Positions 7,311 to 15,801 are shown, counted from the first letter of the stretch. The stretch: DNA of 33,521 nucleotides from Candidatus Opitulatrix cubana (GCA_031283665.1 JAITBJ010000017.1:1-33521), one strand, 5' to 3'. Program-made: numbers and translations. The notes: a model not told the origin generated them from the letters alone.

Positions 7311-8631
7311 AAACTTATTTCTAAACGGTCAAAATAATCCATATCTTCCAAACTTAGATAATGAAAAGCTCGAGCTTGATGCGAGCATTATAAACTCTGA
7401 AGCAGTTTCTTCTAATATAGATAATAAAAAATGTGCTAAACTTTATAACGCATTTTTTAAAGGGCAATATCGCAATTTAGAGCAGGCGTTTAATTATGAA
7501 AAAAGTTTTAGAGTTAGAACTCTTCCAGGTGTAGTGAGTTTTGAAAAGAAGTTTTATCATCTGCCAACACTTTTTATAGCTCTAAAAGTGGCAAAATGTA
7601 TAACAGATAAAAAGAAGATAATAGTTAATTTCACACGGAAAACCAATTTATCGCTTTTGGTTTCTTATCTAAAGCAGTTAGGATGCTCTATAACTGATAA
7701 TAAGAGTTTTGGTGATATATGTGTGTTTAGAAAAAGTGATAGCGGTGCAAATTATTATCGTAAATGGTTTTCAGTTTTGCATAATAAAAGTTTGGCTGTA
7801 ATAGGACTTGCAAAGGTTGCATTTGCACCGCTAAAGGATTTTGATTGTGCTATATTAGTGGACGAGATAAATGCTGAAGCTACTTCAAAATCGGGAAAAT
7901 ACAATCCTGAAAATAATAATATAGCACCAAGAGCAGCATCGGAAAATAAACAGTTAATATCTATTTCAAATCTATTTTTGAGTTCAAAAAGTGAAATAGG
8001 GAAACTTCTGCAAGAGGCAGATGAAATAAAACTGTCAGAAAATGCTAATCTACCTAATATAATAAATCCTAGAGAGGATGGAGCTGCTGATTGGGTGAAA
8101 AATACTAGATTACCAGCTTTAGCATTTTCTGCGCTTCAAAGTGTATCTAAAAAAGCTCCTGCTCTTGTAATAGCTCCTACTAAATTAGGAAAAAAAGGTG
8201 TAGAGACGACTTTCCAGTGGTTCAAGCGAGCTTTTTTAGATACAGATATATTAGTTTCCACTCGTGGTGAGGGCAGAACCTTAATAAAGACTGTTGATAA
8301 AAATCCTAAAATAGTTATTTCCACACTCGGTGCTGATCCTGCTCCTAAAGAGGGGTGGGGCGTAATAATTATTTTAGATGCGTTAGATTATTTAAACTTT
8401 TCTAACACGGTTTCAAAGCAGATTATAAATAGCTGGATGAGCGCTATTTCCCATATTAAAATGGATATTGGAAAATCAGATACCGAAGCTCCTGTATTTA
8501 TAATAGGCTCTATTCCTGAAACTATAATAGATGATTTGAAAAACTGGAATACTAATTTATTAGATGCTCGGGATAAACTCAATGCTAGCACTTTATCGGA
8601 TGCGTTTACTCAATTGAGAGAAGATATTTAG
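7291..8631 (+). CDS. priA: Reduced primosomal protein N' (PriA)-like protein lacking helicase and zinc-finger motifs
   Basis: It occupies the position after metK. LAVIGLAKVAFAPLKDFDCAILVDEINAE aligns with PriA vviGtRSAlFaPl.nLglIivDEEHd. VISTLGADPAPKEGWGVIIILDALDYL aligns with the actinobacterial atPGaEP...G..lv.lLDa segment. The Walker-A position reads GVVSFEKK (7528-7551). DEEH is replaced by DEIN (7861-7872). There is no Cys after residue 190. The protein is 446 aa, against about 650-750 aa for typical PriA. Confidence 0.6.
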   Translation: MRAEVFENLFLNGQNNPYLPNLDNEKLELDASIINSEAVSSNIDNKKCAKLYNAFFKGQYRNLEQAFNYEKSFRVRTLPGVVSFEKKFYHLPTLFIALKVAKCITDKKKIIVNFTRKTNLSLLVSYLKQLGCSITDNKSFGDICVFRKSDSGANYYRKWFSVLHNKSLAVIGLAKVAFAPLKDFDCAILVDEINAEATSKSGKYNPENNNIAPRAASENKQLISISNLFLSSKSEIGKLLQEADEIKLSENANLPNIINPREDGAADWVKNTRLPALAFSALQSVSKKAPALVIAPTKLGKKGVETTFQWFKRAFLDTDILVSTRGEGRTLIKTVDKNPKIVISTLGADPAPKEGWGVIIILDALDYLNFSNTVSKQIINSWMSAISHIKMDIGKSDTEAPVFIIGSIPETIIDDLKNWNTNLLDARDKLNASTLSDAFTQLREDI

Positions 8632-8670
8632 TAAAAGATTTTAATCTTTTCAATTGCGAGTCTTTTTTTG

Positions 8671-8679
8671 TGATACAAT
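8671..8679 (+). promoter_or_regulatory. Extended -10 box TGATACAAT, 6 nt upstream of the cdd ATG (leaderless-type promoter)
   Basis: The sequence reads TGA-TACAAT-ttaagt-ATG(8686). Confidence 0.5.
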
Positions 8680-8685
8680 TTAAGT

Positions 8686-9114
8686 ATGGAAAATATAGAC
8701 TTAATTAAAAAAGCAGCTGAGGTTAGAAAGAACTCTTATTCCCCTTATTCAGGATATGCAGTGGGAGCAGCTTTAGAATGTGAAGAAAATATGATTCACG
8801 CAGGTTGCAATGTGGAAAATGCATCTTATGGTGGCACAATATGTGCTGAAAGAAATGCTATAACTAATATGGCAGCGGATGGAATGAGGAAAATCAAAAA
8901 GATAGCTATTGTTGGAGGATTTGCGGACGGAAGCGGAGATAACTCTGCGCTTGTGCCTCCATGTGGTGTATGCAGACAAGTGATTAGAGAGTTTTGCAAT
9001 CCTGAAACTTGTATTGTGCTTTTAGCGCCAATAGACAATCTTGAAAAGATTACGGAAATGAAATTTGCTGATTTGCTTCCTTTATCTTTTGGACCAGATA
9101 ATTTAGAAAAATAG
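8686..9114 (+). CDS. cdd: Cytidine deaminase (homotetrameric type)
   Basis: 142 aa. Zinc-ligand motifs CAERNAI and PCGVCRQVIREF are present, along with SYSPYSGY.VGAAL. Confidence 0.93.
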   Translation: MENIDLIKKAAEVRKNSYSPYSGYAVGAALECEENMIHAGCNVENASYGGTICAERNAITNMAADGMRKIKKIAIVGGFADGSGDNSALVPPCGVCRQVIREFCNPETCIVLLAPIDNLEKITEMKFADLLPLSFGPDNLEK

Positions 9115-9119
9115 TTTTT

Positions 9120-10484
9120 ATGCGTAATATATTTATTGTGCTTGCTGGTGGAGTAGGTGAGAGAATGGGCTCTGCTATTCCTAAGCAGCTTTTGAAAATA
9201 GCAGGTAAGCCAATAATTGAGCACACTCTTGAAAACATTATTCAAAATGATTTACTTGATGAGATTTTAGTAGTTTTGCATAAATCATCTATTGAAAGTG
9301 TAAAAGAAATTTTGAAAAATGTAAAAACTGATATACCTATCAGAATAGTTGATGGCGGCGAGACTAGAACCGATTCTACACTAAATGCACTTTCTTCAAT
9401 TGAGGACAATGATGCTTTTGTTTTACTTCACGACGCTGTTAGACCTTTTATAGATAATAATATAATAAACAGATGTTTGCAAGCGTTGCAAAAGTATAAT
9501 GCTGTAGACACTGCTATAGTTTCTGCTGACACAATTATAGGTGTAGACAATGATGATTGCATAAACTCTATGCCTATTCGTCACTATATGCGCAGAGGGC
9601 AGACTCCTCAATGTTTTAGATTAAGCGTTTTGAGAAAAGCATATCAAAAGGCAGAGCAAGATTCTGATTTTGAAGCTACAGACAACTGTGGAGTAGTTTT
9701 TAAGTATTTACCAGATGAGAAAATTAAAGTGATTGACGGCACTAATGAAAATATGAAAATCACTGAAAATATAGATTTGCAATTTGCAGATAAGATTTTT
9801 CAAATGAAAACTGCAAGTTTTGATATTTCTGAAAAAGATTTAAAAAAGCATTTTCAAAATATGTCAGTTATGGTAATAGGCGGGAGTTATGGAATAGGCA
9901 AATCCTGCGTAGAGCTCTTTTCTGATTTGGGGGCTAAAGTGCTATCATATTCTAGATCTGAGACTAAGACAGATATTACAGATCAAAAATCTATTGAAAA
10001 TGCTTTTACTGATGCGGCCAAAAAACTTGGCAAAATAGATTTAGTAGTTTTAACAGCGGGGCAGTTAACAATTTCTGAACTTGCAAAAATGAATAATAAT
10101 GATATACGTCATCTAATAGAGATGGATTTAATAGCGCCTGCTTTAATTGCTAAAATAGCATATCCGTATTTAGAGAAATCAAAAGGCGAAATAATCTTTT
10201 TCACATCAAGCTCTTATACAAGAGGAAGAGCAAACTATTCTATTTATTCTGCTGCTAAAGCAGGTGTGGTGAATCTCACGCAGGCGCTTTCTGAGGAGTG
10301 GGCTAAAAAAGATATACGAGTGAACTGCATAAATCCGCAAAGAACAGCCACCCCTATGAGGTCAAACGCTTTTGGAGCAGAGCCAGAAGACTCTCTTTTG
10401 CAGCCTGAAGCTGTAGCACGGTCTACCGCTGAAACAGTGGCATCGTGTGTCACAGGTCAAATAGTTGATGTTCGCCTAATATAA
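9120..10484 (+). CDS. Bifunctional IspD/TarI-family cytidylyltransferase plus short-chain dehydrogenase/reductase. It resembles the Bcs1/Acs1 ribulose-5-phosphate reductase / CDP-ribitol pyrophosphorylase.
   Basis: The N-terminal half has VLAGGVGERMGSAIPKQLLKIAGKPIIEHTL and the LLHDAVRPF cytidylyltransferase motifs. The C-terminal half has the SDR motifs GGSYGIGK (TGxxxGxG), YSAAKAGVVNL (YxxxK) and NCINP. This is the same domain order as Haemophilus influenzae Bcs1. Confidence 0.7.
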   Translation: MRNIFIVLAGGVGERMGSAIPKQLLKIAGKPIIEHTLENIIQNDLLDEILVVLHKSSIESVKEILKNVKTDIPIRIVDGGETRTDSTLNALSSIEDNDAFVLLHDAVRPFIDNNIINRCLQALQKYNAVDTAIVSADTIIGVDNDDCINSMPIRHYMRRGQTPQCFRLSVLRKAYQKAEQDSDFEATDNCGVVFKYLPDEKIKVIDGTNENMKITENIDLQFADKIFQMKTASFDISEKDLKKHFQNMSVMVIGGSYGIGKSCVELFSDLGAKVLSYSRSETKTDITDQKSIENAFTDAAKKLGKIDLVVLTAGQLTISELAKMNNNDIRHLIEMDLIAPALIAKIAYPYLEKSKGEIIFFTSSSYTRGRANYSIYSAAKAGVVNLTQALSEEWAKKDIRVNCINPQRTATPMRSNAFGAEPEDSLLQPEAVARSTAETVASCVTGQIVDVRLI

Positions 10485-10511
10485 AAATATAAAAACAGTA
10501 TAAGACTTTTT

Positions 10512-11693
10512 TTATTTAGCTTCTAATTTCTTTTTTAGCTCAAGCAGTTTTTCATTTATTTCTGCTTTGCGAGGATCTGAGTTTTTCCAAGCTTGCTTTT
10601 CTGCATCAGATATAGCATTGTCAATTTCCTCAATTTGTGCTCTAAACTCTTTAACTTTTGAAGAGGGCACTTTGCCCAAATCATTTATTCTTGACATATA
10701 TGCTCTATATTTGCTTCGTGCTATTTTAGGGTCTTTTACTGGTAGCAATTTTTTCGCCTCTTGCAAAATAGCAATTTTTGCTTCATAGTTTTTCTCGTAT
10801 TCTTCATCTAACGCTTTATCAGCAGATCCCTTTTTATCATAGAAAGTATCCATATAACCTTTAAACTCTTCCCAAAGTTTATCATCTACACTTCTGCGAG
10901 CTCTGCCAGCGTTTTTCCAATCTTTTATTAGATTTCTAAAACCCTCTTGACCTACTTCTAATTTATCAGTTTCGCTCAAGATTTTTGCTTTCTCAATTAT
11001 TTTCTCTTTTGCTTTTTTAGCTAATTGAGATGATTTATTTAATCCTTGATAAAAATCTTTTTTCTTTTCCTCAAACACTCTGCGGCTTTCAGCAAACTTT
11101 TTCCAGAGTTCATCTTCTATATTTTTTGGTATTCTAGGAGCAGTTTTTTGTTCATGAGTCCACTTATTTAAAAGATTAATAAACTTTTCAGTAGTTTGTT
11201 TCCAATTTATTTTGTCGTTTATTTTTGCAACCATTTTTTCTGCTTCATTGACTATTTTGATTCTATTCTCAATGGTCTGCTGTATATTCACAGCTTTATT
11301 TTTGTCAATTTCCGCTTTTGTGATTTCAGCATCTTGCTCAATTTTATCTAATCTGTCTCTCAATTTTTGAACATTGCCAACTACTGATGGGTTTTCTAAT
11401 TCACTTCTAAAATGTTCAATTGCTTGGTCTATTTCGCTCTTTTTCACATTAGCTACTTTTATTCGGTTCTCAAAAAGAGTTAGCCTGTCCACTAAATCTA
11501 AATAGCGTTTCACATAAAACTCTAAAGCATCTTTAGGCTGCTTTACTTTGAATTGACCAACTACTCTTTCACTATCGCCCTCAATAAGCCAAACTGTGCC
11601 ATCGGAATCTGCTCTTCCAAACTTTGCAGCAGCTCTAGCTGCCTTATCATCAGTGGTTTTTACAATAGTTACTTTGCTTTTAGGTTTAGCCAT
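10512..11693 (-). CDS. DUF349 domain-containing protein (actinobacterial type)
   Basis: 393 aa. The N-terminus has GR.D.DGTVWLIEGDSERVVGQF, followed by repeated charged helical units containing W(K/E)..F. The ATG is preceded by AGGAAAA and lies 5 nt after the upstream PPIase stop codon. Confidence 0.8.
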   Translation of the reverse strand: MAKPKSKVTIVKTTDDKAARAAAKFGRADSDGTVWLIEGDSERVVGQFKVKQPKDALEFYVKRYLDLVDRLTLFENRIKVANVKKSEIDQAIEHFRSELENPSVVGNVQKLRDRLDKIEQDAEITKAEIDKNKAVNIQQTIENRIKIVNEAEKMVAKINDKINWKQTTEKFINLLNKWTHEQKTAPRIPKNIEDELWKKFAESRRVFEEKKKDFYQGLNKSSQLAKKAKEKIIEKAKILSETDKLEVGQEGFRNLIKDWKNAGRARRSVDDKLWEEFKGYMDTFYDKKGSADKALDEEYEKNYEAKIAILQEAKKLLPVKDPKIARSKYRAYMSRINDLGKVPSSKVKEFRAQIEEIDNAISDAEKQAWKNSDPRKAEINEKLLELKKKLEAK

Positions 11694-11698
11694 TTTTC

Positions 11699-12478
11699 CT
11701 ACTCTATATATACGCTTTCAATTTTGATAGTTTTTGATGGTTTCCCATCACCGTTTTTAGGTTTTTCGCCTTTTGTAAAATCCTCAATTTGATCTAGTCC
11801 TGAATCTATTTTTGCAAAAACAGTATATCCAGCATTGCCTCCACCAGGTGGGAATGTGGAATCTTTATAAATTATAAAGAATTGAGAACCGTTAGAATAT
11901 GCTGAATCACTTCTGGCCATTGCTATATAGCCTTGTTTATATACATTATCGGCAGGAGCATTTTCTACAGGGCCAAACTGGTATCCCGGTCCGCCGCTTT
12001 GGTCGCCTTTTGGAGCGCCGCATTGCAAAATCCAAACGCCCTCTGTAGTAATTCTTGGACACTGTGCATCATTTTTATCCCACCAGCTAGTGCGTGATAA
12101 ATTAATGAAATTAGCTACTGCTTGTGGAGCTGCCTTTCCTAAAAGAGTGATATGCAGATCGCCTAATGTGGTATGCATAGTAGCTCTCCAATCATGATTT
12201 TCAGTAATTGCTTTATCTGGCACCTTTCCTGAGTTTTGTCCTGTTTGCTCACTTTCTGGAATAGGTGTGGAAGATGTTGGACTTGGCGAGGGTGAAGAGT
12301 CTTTATAAGTGTCAGGAGATGTAAAATGATAAGCAACTACAAGTCCTGCAATCACAGCTACTGTTGACAAAGCAGCAATCAAAATGTGAAAAAGATTTCT
12401 TTTATTTTGTTCGCGCTGTTTTTCAATCAGCTGCTCTTTTTTGCCTGCTCTATTTTTTTTATCAGATTTCTGGGACAT
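11699..12478 (-). CDS. Membrane-anchored cyclophilin-type peptidyl-prolyl cis-trans isomerase
   Basis: An N-terminal TM segment (LFHILIAALSTVAVIAGLVVAY) is followed by a Pro/Ser linker and then a cyclophilin core (NF..L....WWD...C.R, GYIAMARS....SNGSQFFI, YTVFAKI). Confidence 0.88.
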   Translation of the reverse strand: MSQKSDKKNRAGKKEQLIEKQREQNKRNLFHILIAALSTVAVIAGLVVAYHFTSPDTYKDSSPSPSPTSSTPIPESEQTGQNSGKVPDKAITENHDWRATMHTTLGDLHITLLGKAAPQAVANFINLSRTSWWDKNDAQCPRITTEGVWILQCGAPKGDQSGGPGYQFGPVENAPADNVYKQGYIAMARSDSAYSNGSQFFIIYKDSTFPPGGGNAGYTVFAKIDSGLDQIEDFTKGEKPKNGDGKPSKTIKIESVYIE

Positions 12479-12484
12479 ATAAAC

Positions 12485-12493
12485 AGTTTATCA
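12485..12493 (-). promoter_or_regulatory. Extended -10 box TGATAAACT (minus strand), 6 nt upstream of the PPIase ATG. It is part of a 13-nt palindrome.
   Basis: The minus strand reads TGA-TAAACT-GTTTAT-ATG(12478). ATAAAC-N-GTTTAT is a perfect inverted repeat. Confidence 0.5.
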
Positions 12494-12520
12494 AATTTTT
12501 AGTTTTTTGCCATTTTCTTG

Positions 12521-12526
12521 TATACT
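12521..12526 (+). promoter_or_regulatory. -10 box TATACT, 6 nt upstream of the ATG at 12533 (OPT transporter)
   Basis: The sequence reads TATACT-tatttt-ATG. This argues for the 12533 ATG rather than the 12518 TTG of the ORF track. Confidence 0.45.
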
Positions 12527-12532
12527 TATTTT

Positions 12533-14437
12533 ATGGCTAATGGCAAAAAAATAAAATCAAAAGTAATATCAAATAAAGGCTTTTCTGTTCCAATTTTAAT
12601 AATGGGAATTATATTTGCTTGCATTTTTGCAGCATCTAATGCGTATGCAGGGTTGAAAGCTGGACTTACTGTAGCTGCTGGAATACCAGGTACAATTCTT
12701 GGTGCAGGATTCGTCTCTGCATTTGCTCGGAAAAAAGGCATTTATGGTGTTAATGTTTTGCAGTCTATGTCATCAGGGGGTGAAATAAACTCTACAAATG
12801 TTTTTATTATACCAGCTGTGATATTAGTGGCTTCTGTTTCAGGGTTTAATCCTTTAGAAGCAGCTTTAGCTACTGGTGCAGGGGCTATTTTTGGTGCAGG
12901 AATTATGTTTGTTTTGCATAATTATTTAGTCGAAACTCCGCATCCCGATATGCTTTATCCAGAATCAACTGCTATTGCTGAATCTATGAAAGCCACTGTG
13001 TCAGGTGGCGAACCGCTTAAATTAATGGGTGTGGGTGCACTTATTGCGGCTGTTATTACCAGTTTGAGTTCACAAGTTCTTGGCCTTTTTCAAGATACAG
13101 TTTCTATTGTTGGCTCTGCGGCTTATAGATTTAGATTTAAAATAGAAGCAAATCCTATGCTTTTAGGGCTTGGATTTATTATTGGTATGGAAGTTGCACT
13201 GCCAATGTTTGCATCATCGGTTTTCGGCAATTTCGCAATTTTGCCTCTTATTTCATATTTTTCGTCGCAGGCAGATCACACTACCTCTGTTTGGAATAGT
13301 GCATCTAAATTATTTTCTATGACTCCTGATGATTTAGGAACTACATATTTGCGATATATTGGTGCTGGAATGATGATTTATGGAGGGATTGTAGGTGCTG
13401 CTAAATTAGTGCCTGTAATATATAAATCTGTAAAAGAAACTGTATCTGATTTGAAAAAAACTAAAGTGGGATCAGATGGTGAAAACTCAAAATTGAAATT
13501 AGTTTTTTTGAGTGCAGGTGCTGCAGTTGTATTTTTAGTGGCGCTGTTTATATGCAAGTTTGATATGCCTCTTGCTATAATTGCTGCACTTCTTACAGTG
13601 GTTATTACGCTATTATTTTCAATAGTGGGAGCGCGATTGACTGGGTCTGTAGGGTGCTCTAACACTCCTGTATCAGGGATGCTAATTGCAAGTGTGGTTT
13701 TGATTTCATTAGTGTTTTTAGCGCTAGGTCGGACATCAAATAATGATAATATAGTTTTGCTATTTTTGGCCACTTCTGTTTGCGGAGCTATATGCTACTC
13801 TAACGGCTATGCTCAAAGTTCAAAGGCATCATCGCTGATTGGAGGAAGTAAACCAGAGATTCAAAAAATGTTTACAGTAGCTTATATTGTTGGCATCGTG
13901 GTTGTTGTTTCTACTATTACTGTTTTGGCGCCTGCTATTGCAGATGGTAAATCTTTTGAAGCGCCTCAAGCAAATTTGATAGCAAAGCTAACGCAAGGGC
14001 TTTTTCAAGGCGCTTTGCCTTGGTCAATGATTATTGTTGGTATTATTTTAGGACTTGTTATGCATCTGTTAGGAGTGTCTATTATGATGGCTGCATTAGG
14101 GCTTTATTTGCCAATTGAAACAGTGGTTATAATGTTTCTTGGTGCTGTTTTAAGATATTTGATAATAGATATACCATCTCGTAGTGCTAAAACTGCTAAA
14201 GAGAAAAAAGTTTTGGAAACGAGAACTATCCATGGCATTTCTTTATCGTCAGGTCTTGTGGCGGGTGGTTCTATTTTCGGATTGCTTGGTGTTATGCTTC
14301 AAGTTTCTGAGGTTTTACCAGCACCTCCTGATATTTTGCCAGGCGGTAATTTATCAGCCACTATTATGCTTGTTATTTTAGTAGCATTATCAGCGTTTCC
14401 AATTAGGTACTGGAAAGCTAAGGCATCCAAGTCTTAG
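12533..14437 (+). CDS. OPT-family oligopeptide transporter
   Basis: About 634 aa and polytopic. N-terminal NAYAGLKAGLTVAAGIPGTILG and the overall architecture are typical of the bacterial OPT superfamily. The start was chosen at ATG 12533, whereas the ORF track uses TTG 12518. Confidence 0.85.
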   Translation: MANGKKIKSKVISNKGFSVPILIMGIIFACIFAASNAYAGLKAGLTVAAGIPGTILGAGFVSAFARKKGIYGVNVLQSMSSGGEINSTNVFIIPAVILVASVSGFNPLEAALATGAGAIFGAGIMFVLHNYLVETPHPDMLYPESTAIAESMKATVSGGEPLKLMGVGALIAAVITSLSSQVLGLFQDTVSIVGSAAYRFRFKIEANPMLLGLGFIIGMEVALPMFASSVFGNFAILPLISYFSSQADHTTSVWNSASKLFSMTPDDLGTTYLRYIGAGMMIYGGIVGAAKLVPVIYKSVKETVSDLKKTKVGSDGENSKLKLVFLSAGAAVVFLVALFICKFDMPLAIIAALLTVVITLLFSIVGARLTGSVGCSNTPVSGMLIASVVLISLVFLALGRTSNNDNIVLLFLATSVCGAICYSNGYAQSSKASSLIGGSKPEIQKMFTVAYIVGIVVVVSTITVLAPAIADGKSFEAPQANLIAKLTQGLFQGALPWSMIIVGIILGLVMHLLGVSIMMAALGLYLPIETVVIMFLGAVLRYLIIDIPSRSAKTAKEKKVLETRTIHGISLSSGLVAGGSIFGLLGVMLQVSEVLPAPPDILPGGNLSATIMLVILVALSAFPIRYWKAKASKS

Positions 14438-15743
14438 GGTCTGCCTTTTTTTGTTCTCCTGTTATTATATTTTTAATTTCTAATTCAGGGGATAAAAACC
14501 AAACATATTTAATACCTAATTTTTGAGCCATTTCAATCTGTTTACCGTATTTATTTGCTTTTGGAGAGATTATTGTAGATATGCCTCTATTTCTCAAAAC
14601 TTCTGCAATGCAAAGAGCTGCTTGCCTATCATTTTCAGAGTCTAAAATAATAAAAGTATCTGCTGCTGTTTTCCCCTGCGTTTTCAAAGATGAGTTTTCA
14701 AATAATATATATAATAATCTAGTTAGACCTATAGAAGCGCCAATTCCTTGATAAACAGTATTTCCTTTTTTCACTAAATTATCATATCTGCCGCCAGAGC
14801 ATACAGATCCTAAACTTTCAAAACCCTCTAAAAATGTTTCAAACACTAAACCTGTATAATAGTCTAAACCTCTAGCAATTGAAAAATCTAATTTCACATT
14901 TTCGAATCTTAATTTATTTATTTGCGAAATTAGATTTTTCATATTTTTAAACTCTTCAATTGTGCTACTGTATTCAGAGCTGCTACTCAAAAAAGTGAAA
15001 AACTCTTTATCGCTTTCAAGAGTTTGTAAATCAAAATGAGTGAAGTCAACTATTTTTTTTGCAGCGTTTTTATCTAACGGTTTTTCACCCTCTGCATTCA
15101 CTTTTTGCAGTTGATCTATAACACCATCTTCACCAATTTTTGGAAGTTTATCTACAATCTGTAAAACGCTATTTACGTTTTCTATGCCAATATATTTATA
15201 GTAGCTCTCAATTATCTTTCTGTTATTTATATTTATTGTAATAGGGGGGCATCCAAGATTTTCTAGTTTTTTGAAAGCTTTTGCTACTGTTAGAATACAT
15301 TCAATTTCATCTGTGATTGTCAGAGTGCTTGATGATATAATATCTATATCTGCCTGAGTAAACTCTCTAAATCTACCTGCTTGTGCTCTTTCACCTCTCC
15401 AAACTTTTCCAATTTGATAGGCCCTAAACGGAAAAATAATATCATTTGAAAACTGATAAATATAATTTGCAAGAGGTATAGTTTGATCAAACCTTAAACC
15501 TAGCTGCTTTTCAGATTCCAGATTTATATCTGCTTTATTATTTTCAACACCTTGCAATCGTGAAAGCAAATAAATCTCTTTAGAGGTTTCGCCTTTTGCA
15601 AGCAAATCAGAAGCACTTTGAGCAGAAGAAGTTTCTATGCTCTCAAATCCATAAAGCGAAAAAGTGTTTTCAATAATTTGCAAAAACTGCTTTTCGGCAA
15701 ATCTTTGATTTGGAGTTAGTTCACGAAAACCAGATATTTTCAT
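14418..15743 (-). CDS. hisS: Histidine--tRNA ligase
   Basis: 441 aa. Class II motif 2 (WRGERAQAGRFREFTQ) is present, as are the HisRS signatures RGLDYYTGLVFE and GGRYDNL. A C-terminal anticodon-binding domain is present, so this is not HisZ. Confidence 0.85.
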   Translation of the reverse strand: MKISGFRELTPNQRFAEKQFLQIIENTFSLYGFESIETSSAQSASDLLAKGETSKEIYLLSRLQGVENNKADINLESEKQLGLRFDQTIPLANYIYQFSNDIIFPFRAYQIGKVWRGERAQAGRFREFTQADIDIISSSTLTITDEIECILTVAKAFKKLENLGCPPITININNRKIIESYYKYIGIENVNSVLQIVDKLPKIGEDGVIDQLQKVNAEGEKPLDKNAAKKIVDFTHFDLQTLESDKEFFTFLSSSSEYSSTIEEFKNMKNLISQINKLRFENVKLDFSIARGLDYYTGLVFETFLEGFESLGSVCSGGRYDNLVKKGNTVYQGIGASIGLTRLLYILFENSSLKTQGKTAADTFIILDSENDRQAALCIAEVLRNRGISTIISPKANKYGKQIEMAQKLGIKYVWFLSPELEIKNIITGEQKKADPKTWMP

Positions 15744-15749
15744 ATATTT

Positions 15750-15755
15750 AGTTTA
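15750..15755 (-). promoter_or_regulatory. -10 box TAAACT (minus strand), 6 nt upstream of the hisS ATG
   Basis: The minus strand reads TAAACT-AAATAT-ATG(15743). Confidence 0.45.
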
Positions 15756-15801
15756 CACTAATAGACTATAAAACAGTTTATGCTTTTGTCTTTTTGCGAA
15801 C

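Noticed and set aside
8633-8650. The hairpin AAAAGA-ttttaa-TCTTTT after priA, considered as a terminator.
   Set aside because: It has only a 6-bp stem that is almost entirely A/T, with no convincing downstream U-tract directly attached. It is too weak to call.
8826-9245. A 139-aa minus-strand ORF spanning the cdd / cytidylyltransferase junction.
   Set aside because: It is antisense to two genes with unambiguous catalytic motifs (CAERNA/PCGVCRQ and GGVGERMG). It has no recognisable domain or promoter pattern of its own.
13378-13773. A 131-aa minus-strand ORF inside the OPT transporter. Similar antisense or alternate-frame ORFs occur at 19085-19489, 21155-21508, 4811-5113 and 28037-28324.
   Set aside because: All are embedded in long, motif-supported genes on the other strand or frame. 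Long spurious ORFs of this kind are expected when stop codons are depleted opposite real coding frames.
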